From assembly GCA_040954595.2 (NCBI GenBank), contig CM082577.2, positions 13,089,903-13,153,902 of the forward strand: 64,000 bases of DNA. The letters run 5' to 3'. Positions 13,501 to 28,500 of this stretch are shown here, in pieces. Every line of letters starts with the position of its first letter. The first letter of the stretch is position 1. Both the position numbers and the translations under genes were made by a program. Source of the DNA: Balanoglossus misakiensis. Its lineage: Eukaryota; Animalia; Hemichordata. The notes below the pieces were generated by a model, which saw only the letters and a program-made list of their open reading frames with translations, did no database searches and had not been told where the DNA came from.

Positions 13501-16500
13501 GGGAGTGATGTGTGTAGTATGCTTACCTTTGCTAAGCCAGTGACTTTATCATTTATGCTAATTCCTTCAACTCTAAGCAAAGTCTTCGCAACGGATTCCA
13601 TGGTATTGGATACTGCCCAATGAAGAGCTGTTGTCTGTTTAAAAATATAAACCATGACAAATGTGGTACAGTTGATAAATGAAGCTTATAAGCTTGTTGT
13701 CATATAATTTACTTCTGAATGAAGTATGAAGCATAATTTCTATAAGATTTACATTTTGGTAAGATGTACTATCATATTTTTTGTATGCATAATGAACATA
13801 AACAATTCACACTGCAATTATTAATGAACACAATGAAGAAATATAGCTGCAAGCAGCGATGACGGGCACAAGCTTAAGCCGAAGGTCAAAGGTCATATGT
13901 GGTCACCCAAAATTTAAGCAAAAATGTTTGACCCCATACTAGTCCAGGTCCAACAAAACCCAGACCTCTAGCCCTATTGGTTCGCCTAGAATTAGATATG
14001 CACATAATTAATGAGGAAAAGTATAAGGCTCCATTAGGAGTTCCATGCCGCCAAATGCCAAGGCTGTATCTGCATGGGTTGCCGAGATACGGTAAAGTAG
14101 GTCAAAGGTCACCTGAGGTCACCCAAAATTGGGCAAGAAATGTTAACCCCATACTGGTCAATGTTCAACAAAAATCAAACCTCTAGCCCTATTGGTTAGC
14201 CTGGAATTAGGTATGCACATAATTTAACCCCATACTGGTCAATGTTCAACAAAAATCAAACCTCTAGCCCTATTGGTTAGCCTGGAATTAGGTATGTACA
14301 TAATAAATGAGATAAGCAGGTGTCACAGGTGACCCCCAATTTTGTCTTTTCAATTTTAGTCACAACCCTCCAAACGCCAAGTCTGTACCTGCTGTGGATG
14401 CCGAGATATAGGAAAGTAGGTCAAAGGTCACCTGAGGTCACCCAAATTTTGGGCAAGAAATTTTGACCCCTTACTGGTTCATGTTCAGCAAAAATCAAAC
14501 CTCTATCAAACCTCTAGTCCTATTGGTTGGCCTGGAATTAGGTATGCACATAATTAATGAGATAAGCAGGTGTCACAGGTGACCCTCAATTTTGGCTTTT
14601 AAATTTTAGTCCCAACCCTCCAAACGCCAAGTCTGTACCTGCTCTGGATGCCGAGATATAGGAAAGTAGGTCAAAGGTCACCTGAGGTCACCCAAAATTT
14701 GGGCAATTTTTTTTACCCTTTACTGGTCCATGTCCCACAAGCACAAAACCTCTAGCCCTATTAGTTAGCCCAGAATTAGGTATGCACATAATTAATGAGT
14801 TAAGCAGGTGTTACAGGTGAGCCCAAAATTTTGCCTTTTATTTTGGTCCCATTCTGCTCACGGGCCAATAGAGAGTCACAGTACAGGACCATTGCACAGA
14901 TGTGGACATAGCATCATAGCTTAACTATAGAAAGTATAGGCCTATGGCTGGGTCCAAAAAATATGAAATATAATATTTAAAAATCTTGTTCTCAAAATTG
15001 ACTTGGCCCAGAGCCTTGAAATTTAGCATGTAGGACACTGACCATATGGTCCGCAAAATGATTGCACAGAATTTTGATATCATCATTCATATGCAAATTA
15101 GGCCCATTTGAAAACTTTGCCCATATATGGTCATCAGGTCATGTGACTAATTACACATTCACGAGGGTACTGCACGAGCTCTCATAGACCTGCACCATTG
15201 TGCCAAGTTTGAGATTTGTAGGTTCAGCCGTTTTCAAGATCTACCTGAGCAAAAAAACTACACAAGAAAAAAAAAAAAAAATATAGCTGCAAGCAGCGAT
15301 GACGGGCACAAGCTTAAGCCGAAGGTCAAAGGTCATATGTGGTCACCCAAAATTTGGGCAAAAAATTTTGACCCCATACTAGTCCAGGTCCAACAAAAAC
15401 CAGACCTCTAGCCCTATTGGTTCGCCTAGAATTAGATATGCACATAATTAATGACGTAAAGTATAAGGCTCCATTAGGAGTTCCATGCCTCCAAATGCCA
15501 AGGCTGTATCTGCATGGGTTGCCGAGATACGGTAAAGTAGGTCAAAGGTCACCTGAGGTCACCCAAAATTGGGCAAGAAATTTTAACCCCATACTGGTCC
15601 ATGATCAACAAAAATCAAACCTCTAGCCCTATTGGCTAGCCTGGAATTAGGTATGCACATAATTAATGAGATAAGCAGGTGTCACAGGTGACCCCCAATT
15701 TTGTCTTTTCAATTTTAGTCACAACCCTCCAAACGCCAAGTCTGTACCTGCTGTGGATGCCGAGATATAGGAAAGTAGGTCAAAGGTCACCTGAGGTCAC
15801 CCAAAATTTGGGCAAAAATTTTTGATCCCATACTGGTCCATGTCCCACAAGAACAAAACCTCTAGCCCTAATAGTTAGCCCGGAATTAGGTATGCACATA
15901 ATTAATGAGTTAAGCAGGTGTTACAGGTGAGCCCAAAATTTTGTCTTTTATTTTGGTCCCATTCAGCTCACGGGCCACTAGACTGTCACTGTACAGGACC
16001 ATTGCACAGACGTGGACATAGCGTCATAGCTTAACTATAGAAAGTATAGGCCTATGGCTGGGTCCACAAATATGACAAATAATATTTAATAATCTTCTTC
16101 TCAAAATAGACTTGGCCCACGGCCTTGACATTTGGCATGTAGGACACTGATCACATGGTCAACAAAAGTTGCTAAAAGAATTTCGATATCTCCATTCATA
16201 TGCAAATTAGGCCCATTTGAAAACTTTGCCCATATATGGTCATCAGATCACATGACTTATTAAACATTCACGAGGGTACTGCACCAGCTCTCATAGGCCT
16301 GCATCACTGTGCCAAGTTTGAGATTTGTAGGTTCAGCCGTTTTCAAGATCCTATTGGGCAAAAAAACTACACAAGAAAAAGAAGAGGATGAAAAACCCCA
16401 GTAATACCAATAGGGCACAAGCCTGCTTGGCTTGTGCCCTAAAAAGATGAAAAACCCCAGTAATACCAATAGGGCACAAGCCTGCTTGGCTTGTGCCCTA

Positions 16501-19500
16501 ATGAAATGTTTGGCAATTTGTGTGAATCCTTTTACTGGAATTAAACAACAGACCGAATTGAGACAGAACTTGCATGGTATTCACATATTTAATGAAATGG
16601 TAAAAGTACCTTGTTGTCAGAATGCAGATATCTTGCACCAGATGTAATCAGAAGGCTGGTGACATCAACGTGTTCGTTTTGGGCAGCATAAAAGACAGGA
16701 GTGTAGTTATCCTGCAAAACAATATATGTTGAGCAATTCGTGCATGGAAAAACATACACAATATGAATAGTGTACTTTATAAAACCCATACACTACTGTG
16801 ATGGTAACTTTCATATAAATTTATAATATATACTGTACATATAAAAATAGACAAACAAACAAAATGCTCACCTTACAATATGTATCAATTGTGGCACCAT
16901 TGTCAAGCAGGATCTTTACACAAGCTACATTTCCATTACTTGCAAAGTGATGTAGAAGTGTGAAATTGTCCTTGAATAAAAATTATTTACTAATATGTGA
17001 TTTGCTGTTTATCAACTTACAAAAACACAGTATGAATACATCTATCTTCATAATGTTAAAATTAGAAAAGAGGATGGCAATTTACATGAGCAGAGTAGGT
17101 CATGTAAACCAGTAACCATCAAATGATATTGATTATTATATTATAGTTTTATCAATACCAGTGAATTTTGTGATGACAATTAGCTGTACATTATTACTGA
17201 TAATGTAAAGTGATATAACCCTGACGAGCGATGCGCCCAAGAACCAGCCCGACATGTTCTATTTCTGAGTAAATAATGGAGGTTTCCAAACCTGACCTCG
17301 ACTGGCAATTTTTTTCTTCCTACTGTGGCGGTACATGTCGTCTGCTCTTGAATAATGCGCAGTTTTCAACATGGCTCGCTCACACACGTAAAGCAAACCT
17401 CTCGATGATGCTAGATGTGACATTTGTTCACATGATACATACAGTTGTACCAAGCAGTCATGTGAACGAAGCTGTACATAAGAAATTTATGCCGCAAGTG
17501 TCACTGTTATGTTAATGTCTACGCGGAACGGAGAAGGGCGAGTTTGTCTATGTTTTGCAACCTTCCGAGCGCCTGTATACGTGAACTTTCCTGAGAACGC
17601 AAACCAAAGCAAATATTCCCCGAGTCCTTACCAAGATTTCACATAAAACGAAACTTTTTCAGATATTTTTCTGCAGACCCCTTAAATGAATTTTCACATG
17701 CGTTAATAAATCTTCATTATTTGTTTTCTGATACAGTACACCATTTGACCGCGATCACTTGATTCGTTGTTTACGCCAATTGCTCTGTTTTGGATATCCA
17801 TGTCTGAGTTTTTCGCACCTATAGTATTTTAAAGAATTTTGAAGTCTGCAAATTCACTGGCATTGACAAAATTATATAATTATAAGACCCATAAAGCACA
17901 CATTGTACTCCATAAATGTACTCGGCATTCGCCTTGTACATTATTTCTTACAATGTGTGCTCTCGTCTATTATGGGCGTACATTATTCTCTAAATAAAAG
18001 ATATATTTTTATACTCATTTAAATTAGTATTCAAAATAATTAAAATAACATCTATATATTGCTTCAACTTACTTGAAGTCCATGAAAGACTTTTTCATTT
18101 GAAAGTATCTATGCAGTGTAATTTCTCTGTATTAGCAGTAATAACTTAAAGATTAACTTACTTCATCATGTGAATCTATGTCTACTCCAGCTCTTTGCAA
18201 TGTCTGCACCATTGGGTTTTTCTCATTTTCAACTACCCACTTCAGCTGGGTCAAATTACTGGTGTACGCCTTATAGTATTAATCAGACAGAAATATGATT
18301 AATGGTAAAATCAATGGTTCTAGAAGGACAGATGCCAAATTTAGTAACATAAATTTATGGTTCTCTACTCAGAAAGTGTAACTCGATCAAGATTAAGTTC
18401 AATAAATTTGCAGAACCATTTTTGTATCCATTGGTCATTTTAATCTGGACCTACAAGTATGTGTTTAGTTTTGAAAAGGGTTCACACTACAAATTCATTT
18501 GGCTAGGTTGGACTTCCGGTCATGTGTTTTATAAATAAAATAAACATTTCTTATAGTATAAGTGTTTGATCTGCTTACCTTTCCATATATATTACGTGTT
18601 ACATTGGCATGGATACGACAATTTTTCTCCAGAAGAGCCTTAACACAGTCAACATCATCATTTTCTGTCGCTACATACAAGGGTGTTTTGGCATTCTGTG
18701 AGGTAAACCAACCAGATGAACTGAATAGAGATACTGATTAAATAAACCACCAGTATAAAAAGACAATGACAGGTGTGCTGATACAAAGTCATTTTGAAAA
18801 CATGCACTTCTAGCTACTTTTGTAAATGCAAAATTTGTGAAAGTTTTTTAAGGAATTTTGATGCCATATCTTTTATGACTTAAATCATAAGAAAAAAACA
18901 TCACTATGGTATCACTCAAATCAATCAGAATAACAATCATTAACATATCGATCTTTATTTGTAACCATTTTCACATCATAGCTATTATGCAAACTTTAGA
19001 TATGATATCCGGATGTTTATTTAATATTGATAGACATGTACCGGGTAGAAAGCAGTCATGTGATGTTCAGTTTGTCAGGTGAATAGTGATATGTAAATGC
19101 ATACGTCAGACATAAACACATACATGCATCTGTTATGTTAAAGAACTACTGAGATCAAGTGGTCAGATGGTAAAACCAAAAAGCATTATTTTTACCTTTT
19201 CTGTAGCATCTTTGTCAGTGCTATCACAACTCAACAGAGCATTGATAACTTTAGGTTTGGATCCATTGACAGCATGATGCAAGGCAGTCTGTTGTTTCTG
19301 TTTACAAAAGGTAGGATACACAAGATGATCAATTTTGATTCTGTACATTAAACTTGTATTAAAGTTCTCTTCATGAAACATAATCAAACACCTATTATAT
19401 TGAGGATTGCAAACAAAGCATCTCTGTATGCAAAATGGACATTTGAATTGCCAACATTAAATCTCCATGTTTAAAGGGTAAGTTGACAAGTTTAATAGTT

Positions 19501-22500
19501 GTGTAGCATCTGACTCACAATATGCAGGCGCAAGTTTGTAATATACCATGCCAAAACTGGAAGTTTACATGAGGTCACATAATTTATGATCACTGCCCTT
19601 TTGCTAGTCTCTGTGACCCAGCCCCTCTGCTGGGGGCTGCTGCGCTATGTGGTAGGTTGAACATTGAGTAGCTGGGTCATGGAGACTACAATTATGCAGG
19701 TGTGGAAAACCACTGACAAAAATTATGTATTACTTTTTGATGTCTCATTGCATCTCAGTATTGCTATATTGTTTAATGACACCCACATTATCATGAACTT
19801 TACGTAAAATAGGGGAAGACAGTAAACAGTAAAATATAGCAAAAGATTTTGACACCAATGTGCCTACATACAAATAGGGCTAGCTGTAGATCAAGGCTAT
19901 GTACACCCACCACAGAAAACACAGATTAAACCACGTAGAACATAGGCGACATGTTTTGAACTTTTCTGGACATACATGGCCGCCATTATGTAACATGACA
20001 CCACATACATGTATATATAAATCTGCAACAGAAATGTCATGGATAAGACACACACCTGGTCTGTTTTGTTTACTTCTACACCTGCTTTTATTAAAACAGT
20101 GACAGCTTTATCATATCCCTCCTTTGCTGCTTCTTGCAGAACGGTCAGATCATTCTAGAAGTGAATGAGACTGCAGTTGAAGATTGTGATCCATTTAATG
20201 CTATACCTGTACGTGATGCAGTTATTATATGTTGAACTCACACACTATTACAAAACTGATGCACAAGGTTAAATATGATATGTCACAAGCACCTGGCCTG
20301 TTTAACTGTTACAGTTCCTAATATGTAATACAGGGTCAACCAAAAGTATACACAAATCAGGCAAGATCTTGTGTTCAATTTTACCAAAACAGACACTGAA
20401 GGTCAAGAAGGTTAAATACTTCTTTCTCTTTCATCTTATTATAATGTACTTGTTATTCATAGGAGGCACTGACAAGAATCTTCAATGCTTTACAATTCTA
20501 TCAGTGTGTAATGTTTCCTGCCAGCATTCTCCATTTGTCACAATTTTGAACCTGGCAAAAGGCTAAGATGAGTTTTCCAAGGATAGAACGTTAATTAAAT
20601 TATTGCTACATTATAGAACGAAACCATTTCGTAATTAATATTCTCCCAAAACATGAAAAATTAAAATTTACTTACATCATCAGCTGTATTTAAATCAATA
20701 CCAACATCGTGGAGTACTTTCACAAAGCTTAAATCTTCATACATGGCAGCTGCTATGAATATAGGTCTGTGTGAATACGTGAATGTTTGCGATATGCGAG
20801 ATTCATTCTGTTAGAAAGAGAAAAAAATCACTTAGGAAGCTGTCATTATTTACGGCTGGGGGGGGGCGGAGAATGTCAATTGAAACACCAAAATTTGCAG
20901 TAACCCCCCCCCCCCTCCCGATTTTCTAACACAGAAAGTTTTAGTGAACATCCCCTTCCCTCCAACCAGGAACAATTACATATCAAAACATCAGCCAATG
21001 CGGGTCATGCACCACACCCAAACTAATTATAAATTAACCAATCAAAATGCTGCATATTGGAAAATACATTTTCAGCAGCTCACTTCACTGCATGTCTTGT
21101 AAAGACTCCAAAATTCAGTTTTTGAAAAACAGGATCATATAAATCAAAATGAACACTAATTTGGAAATTTACACCATACATCCATATCTCGTATGTTACT
21201 ACATGTACATCATAGTTGATTTTACATTGAGTTAACATTTTCATGTAATGGGAAACCCAATCTGAAAGCATGAATTTCAATTTAATCAGGTTTGTTTTGG
21301 GTTTTGCATGACAATGGTATAGGCAATATTCTTTTGAGGAGTGCCACTGGACCCGTACACAAATAAATCTTTCAGTTGAAATACGTTCAATTGATACTTT
21401 TCCAAAAATTGAGTGTCCCCCTCTTCGTCCCCACTTTTTGACAACCCCCACCTCCCAACCTTCCATTTGTGAGTGACCCCTATGATTCCTCCGACCCCCA
21501 GGCCATAAATAATTGCAGCTCCATTAAAGACAGTGAAGTCATTCAAAAGTTGTTTGTGTTAAATAAAACCACAATAGTTAAGGTTGATTAGTTTCTTTTG
21601 CAATTATCAACTTTTGACTCATACCGGGTTTTACTGATAGTTCGCCCAGGGCTATTAATTGGAAAATGAGGAACTTGACAGGTGCAGACTTGGAACCAAT
21701 TAGTCGCCCAGGGCGATAATTTGGCTACATTTTAAAACAACTTTTATCTCTCTTGTCCTATCATTGACATTGTTGGCTTCTTTTTTACTGCCATCGCAAG
21801 TTTCTTTCCAACGCTGAGTAATCGTTGATCGCTGGACGTCTCCCAATGTCAATCACCCATGACCAATGACGCCAGAATTATTTTTAGCACTTGGTACTAG
21901 GCCATGTATCAATCAGCTGGACGTAAGTTTTGTGCCGCTACGACCAGCCAAAGTTCACTGCAAGATTTTATCTCCTCTTTTTCGTTCATTTTTAATATCT
22001 GTGGTGCATCGTAGATGTTCTATTTTACATGTCGGGCCGGAAATTCAATTTAAAAATACCAAATAGTCGCACAACAGCCAAAAAATCGCCCATGAACGAT
22101 TTTTTGGATGGGCGAACTATCAGTAAAAACCGGCAATTAAAAACACCTACCTGGATTTCCTGTACAAAGTTGGCACGTCCTGACAACAGCACTTTCACAG
22201 TTTCTTTATTCTTACACTTCACAGCATAATACAGTGGGGTCTTCTTTCCCTGGAATAAAGAGATTGGTGTTCTGACATGATGAGCTCTTTTTGAAGGAAT
22301 ATGAAACACACTGGTATACTATTTTCGCAATTGTGAATTTGGTAGTTTTGTAGAACTTACCTTTGAACAAACTTCATGATGATTAAATGATCCATCAGAC
22401 TCAATAGTCATGTGCACTGTAAACTCATCTATGACCCCTTTCCCAATTTGACATTATGCGTCTGTCATCAAGATTATGATGTTTTGAATTATGCGTCTGT

Positions 22501-25500
22501 ATTTCAGTTTTTAACAGTCATCTTGTTCAGCTTTTACAGTCGTTTGAGGTCTTGTCCATCACTTACATAATCACTTCCAGCAATTTGCATTGATCAGACG
22601 ATCTATTGGTTACTGTATAAATGAAAGTCTTTTCACAGACCTGATTTTTTAGATAAGTCTTTGGTTATTACTCTCTTGGTAACATATTGAGATAAGCATG
22701 GACCAGGTGTTAAGTAATGTGCTCTTGTCAGCATTGATTATGCAGACTTTTCTGTGAGGTACCGTAGACGTTGCAGTCTTTTGTTTCATTTGGGTATGTT
22801 TGACATTTGGTTGTGAACTGCATCATGGTTGTCTTTAACTCAATTGTAATGCAGGTCACAACCACACTCACACCAACGCAGCCCAACCAAGAGGTAGCCT
22901 GATATCGCCTCTTGGTTGAAACTGATAACCTTACATTCCTACTTAGATAGACTAGTGGAGGCTTATCTAGTCACAGACTAGTTACAAAACAAAGTTACGA
23001 ATGAAATTTATACACCACCTGATCCATACCTCTTATTCTCTCAATACCAGTGAATTTGTGACATCATCCATGTTTGACTCTGAGTTTTTCACAACTAAAG
23101 TATTTTAAAGATTTTTAAAGTCTGCAAATTCAGTGGCATTGACAAAACTATAAAATAATAAGAATAATGTATGCCCCAAAGACCCATAATGGACCCAAGC
23201 ACACATTGTACTCCATAATGAACTCGGCATTCGCCTCGTACATTATTACGCACAATGTGTGCTTTCGTCCATTATGGGTTTTCGGGGCATACCGTACATT
23301 ATTCTCTAAGTATTTACCAGGTAACTTACATTATCCATAGGATTAACATCTGCTTCCAGCTCCAAACACAACTGAACAAATTTTGGTTCTTCTTTTCTTG
23401 CCATTAAATGGATGGTTTTTGATCCTTCCACCATTTCCTAAATATAAATGGGAACCATTATATGGCAAACCCTGGTTTATAAAACATAAGTGTATTATCA
23501 CTGATGAAAATGGACCATACTGTGCTTACAGGAAGAATGTAAAACAAAGCTCTATACAATGTATCTGTATTATTATTAATATTATTAATATTATTATTAT
23601 AATTATTATTATTATTATTATTATTATACCAGTTTAGGGGGTTTAAAGAATTATATAATTATTATTATTATTATTATTATTATTTATTGTTGAAATAATA
23701 TCCATATAATAAAAATGATAACTATTAGGTATTACCGGTAGTAGCTGACATTGTGTTAAAACCACTCATTAACTGAACATTCAATATATAACATAATTTG
23801 TCATTTATTAGGGGACCAGTACTGCTGAAGAAATAATTTGGAGCCCTCCTTATCAGGCATTGTTATTCACTGTACAATGTTTGTTGCTTTAATGGGATTT
23901 AGTGTCGATTGAGATACTCTTACACTTAATGCATCATGTTGATACACGCCACAGTCTGTTGGTGAAATTCACTTTCTTTTCTTTGCAAACAGTGTAACAA
24001 ACGAAAAACCAAACTATGGCAATGGTTGACACTTGATCAGTTTTCCATCTCTTGTCTGCAAAAAATGAAGCCATTTTTCAAGGCAGATTTTTATTTCGAC
24101 ATACAAACCTCATCCAATCCTTGAACATCTTCATTGATGTCCAACCCAGCTTTCACAAGTGTTTCAGCAACTTTGCGTTCATAACTGTCAATAGCCCAAT
24201 GCAGCTTTGTTGTCTGAATGCAGATGATTATATGAAAAAAAAAGAATACAAATTAACAAAATAACGTAAAACAAGCTTTTAAATACACCAAGTGGACACA
24301 GACATACAATGGAGGAATATTTATATAAAATTCCCCTGTATACGAACGAGTGTGTCTGCGTCGCGGACGAGTGATTTCCTTTATTCTTCACTATCAAATG
24401 ACGTCAGACGCGCTCAGGCGGCAGTTAGGTTGGCATTCAAATTTCCAGATGACGGGCAACTTCAGCAACGTGGACTTACGTGGTGCAGACAAAGACTGTG
24501 CAGACGAAATGCAATGAGGCTGATGAGGCAGCATACCTGAAACATGTTACGTGTCTGGCGGTTCTAAAGTAAAAACAGTACTCGGAAAAACTTTTACTGG
24601 ATGCTGAAATATTGCTTGCCCGTCATCTGGAAATGACAACGCCGTGTGACACATGGCCAGATCACGTGATTGATAGTAAAGAATAGCGGCCGTATCCCTC
24701 CGAGCCTGCAAGCTGCTGTTGTTGTGGTGCTCTACGCTCGAGCTGTCGATCGGAACGTTAAACTTGCAATTTATCATGCTTGTTTTACACTTAAAACATG
24801 GGCTTTATTACCCCATATTTCCCTATGCTTCATAAGTCTCCCCCTTTTGGGTTTCAGGCATATTTCAGACCGAGAACAGGTGGTTTTTGTTTGTTTACAA
24901 AAAAAAAGAAAAAAGTCCGGGCATCCATATTCAACACATGTGTAATATGTATTCGTCGAGGTCATATACCTATAGTGTGACGTCACACTATAGGTATATG
25001 CGACATCACACTATAGGGATAACTGGGTCTATGTATGTGATAAGTGTTGTTATATTAATCTTTAAATTCGCAATTGGAAATTCCACTTTTTGATCCAAAG
25101 TATTATACAGGAGTTTTTTATTTTGTGGATAACAATGCAGTGGCAGAATGTCTACCATGAGGAAATCAACTGCATATACTAGTACCTTGCATTTATCATG
25201 CAGTTTTATTCCTTCGTGTTTCAGCAGCTCTTTTGTTAGTTCAACATGTGTTCCTGCTGATGCAAAATACAGTGCAGTACGACCACCCTACAAAAACAAG
25301 GAAAATTCATATTATAAACACATCAAAAAGTTTTCGAAAAATGATGAAAAACAGGAAAATAAATGCTACAAGCACATCATAATTATCCACATGTTAGCAA
25401 AATGATGTAGGATGGAAGTCCATTGTGGATGAGTGCAATATTGTATTGAGCATTACATTTCCTGATGAAAATATTTGACAGTTTGTAAACTTCACAGCTA

Positions 25501-28500
25501 CATACTGGTATATGCTTACTGCCTTTGTCATAAGAAATAATAATCAACTGAAGTTAACAGTTAATATTCATATTGGTTTACTGTGAACTTGTTCTAACTG
25601 TTAAATGTAACAAAATGAATATCATGAATATCAATATTTGATAATTAGTAAACATTGCTTTTTAGCAAGAGTGTTAAATGTAACAAAATGAATTTCAAGA
25701 CTTACCTTTGAGTAAACGTTGATGTCCGCATTTTTTTGCAAGAGTACTGTAACTGCTTTCATGTCACCACGCTCAGAAAAATGATGTAGTGGTGATAGTC
25801 CGTCCTGGAGGAGGGTAAGATTGAATAATGGAACATTATATTTCCGTATGAACATATTTGGTATTTGATTATTTTTATGCTTCACAGGTACACATTACTC
25901 AAGAAACATACCTGATGATGCCAAAGAAAAAAATAGTTGAACCTAAGATAAATGATTGAATTTTTGTAAAAAAAATGACTTATACATATTTAGCCAATTT
26001 AGCCATGTTGTAGTGGTTACTGGTCGCCAACAGCTACCGGTATATGTCATGAGAACAGACTACTACTGTTCAAAATTCTTTGTATTGTGCTGTTAGACAA
26101 TTTTTTTTGGAAAATCCACAGCAATTCACTGTTTCAAGACGTTCTACGGTAATGATCAACACATACGCCTATATTGCCAGAATACCGAGAATTCAATCGC
26201 ATGGCTTTGAAATTTTATATTGATGTTACAGCACCCAATTTCATGAGACATGGAACATATTTTTTCTTTGAAAGATCAGAATATACTATGATAAGGGTGC
26301 CAGTTTCAATGTAGCTCTTTAAAACAGGACTTCCTGTACTAGAATGAAATTTACCATATATATTAGTTTCAGATATAATTGCAATTGATGGATTTAATCA
26401 ATCTTCGTAATTAGAAATATTCCTTAAAGTACTGCTTTTAGATTGATGAAAGGTTAGTACATATACAGATCCTGTACTGGTCTTCTGTAGTAGAAGATAT
26501 TGAGTAGTTTTGTATTAATTGATAATTATTGTTTGCCAACCACACACAATGGTAATTATTTAACTAACCGTGAAAAAGTTTTTACCTTTAGAAGTTCATC
26601 TATGTTTACACCAGCTTTTACAAGGTCCTCAACCATTTCTTCCTTATAATGCTCAGCAACCCATAACAACTGTGATATGTTATTCGAATCGCGCTATAAG
26701 ATTTAAAAGAGCAGAATGATTTATGTATCTGCCAAGCCAAAATGTACTTGCTCAGTGTAACCTTACCATTACAATACTACTTCTTATCTTGGGAAACATA
26801 TGTTCAAGACATAAACATCATTAATGGCACATTTTGTCTCTACTGTAAATTTCTATTATTGGTATGTAGTGAATGTACTTCAGTAATACTGCTGCACTGC
26901 AGTATCATTAATATTTATAACATTATGTATGGAATAATACGGAAAAAAAATATACTACATTCTCATGCACACAGGCATTTGCCTTAAGTGGATGTTTTGT
27001 ACAAAAGATATCCCGATCACTGAGTGCACAATAATTGTTCAATATTTGATGTTCCATGCTACAACATGATTAAATTTCCACCATAAATTATTTGTTTCAA
27101 GAATGCATCAATGTTTGTTATTGACTGACATAGATTTTATTGTACTGCTTTTAGTAAACACAACTTTTACAAATATTTCTTATAATGATACAGGTTTCTC
27201 TTTGTACCGGTAGTGGTGTAGCCATGCTGAAATTAAACTTTTGCAGTGATTAACCTCTAACAGAACAATCAATGCCAGAACAGTAACTGTATCATATTTC
27301 ACTTACACTTCGTGCAGTCAGTTCATAGTTTACAATATCACTGAACTCAACAAACATTCAAATATTATGCTAACATAAAGGAAATACTATTATCAATTGA
27401 AGTTACATTAGCAGTAACTTTTCAGTATGAAGTATTTTTGTTTTGTGTGATCACTCTAATTTCTGGTTCAATTGCCTGAAGCATAACGAAATGCCTGGCA
27501 TTTAGCTTATCAACACGACCCATACTATATATATAATCAGCAATGTGATTGTGCAAATTTGCATTCAAGTCCGGACTAGAATTTATTAATTACAATGGCA
27601 ATGTTGACAAGCAGACTACTATATGGGTAAATTAGCATGTTGTTTTAAGTTAAACAAGAAATTGCATTTGGTACACAGAACAAAAATACTGAAAAAAAAG
27701 TCAAATGTTAGTGTTCTTTTAATAATATTACTTAATGATAAAATATATAATAAATATGATATGAATGAACTGTTGCTATTAAAGCAGGTCGCTCGTCTCA
27801 CGTGCGCGTAATGGTTCCCAGCAAATTTTATGTTTGATGCATTCAAATAGTGGACTGCCTTCGCTTCTTTCCATATTTCATGTGCACCGTATAAATCGAT
27901 TCTGGTTTTGTCCCTCCTTTTCACCCAAATTGGTGTCTTTTCACGATCTCCGACACAGATTATGGTTGCCGCCATCTTGTGTGAGCACTGTCTTATGGGA
28001 TTGACTGTTCACTAAATGTCTGTAACCAGCGGCTACACTTGGAACATGCGTGTGAGACGAGCTACGCGCTTTAAAATTTAGCTTACCGCATCCTTGTGCA
28101 GCCGGGCATTTGCATTAAGCAAATGTTTGGCAGACTCAATGTCCCGAAGTTTGAGAGCAGAATAGAGTGCAGTCTCACCATCCTAGAAGTAAAGAAATAT
28201 TGGATTGAAAATTTCAACTGCTGCCAAATTTAAAAGTCATTGCTGTTTAATTTATCTGCTTTCCAAAATGTAACCAAATTTCATAACAAAAGGCATAAAA
28301 AATTGCAGTAGGTAATAAAGAAATATGATCAACACTTACCTCATTGTCTAAGTTTAGGTTGACATCTTTGTTTATTAACACTTTGACAACCTGGTGATGT
28401 CCATTCTTTACAGCATAGTGCAGAGCTGTGTCACCAACCTTGCAATTAATAAGTATTTGGGAAAATGATCATACATTAACTAATGCAATATGTTTTATAA

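Noticed and set aside
13839-16502. CRISPR-like or coding repeat (ORFs MVRLELDMHII...)
   Set aside because: Eukaryotic intron context; the repeats are long with no unique spacers; the ORFs are incidental to a non-autonomous element.
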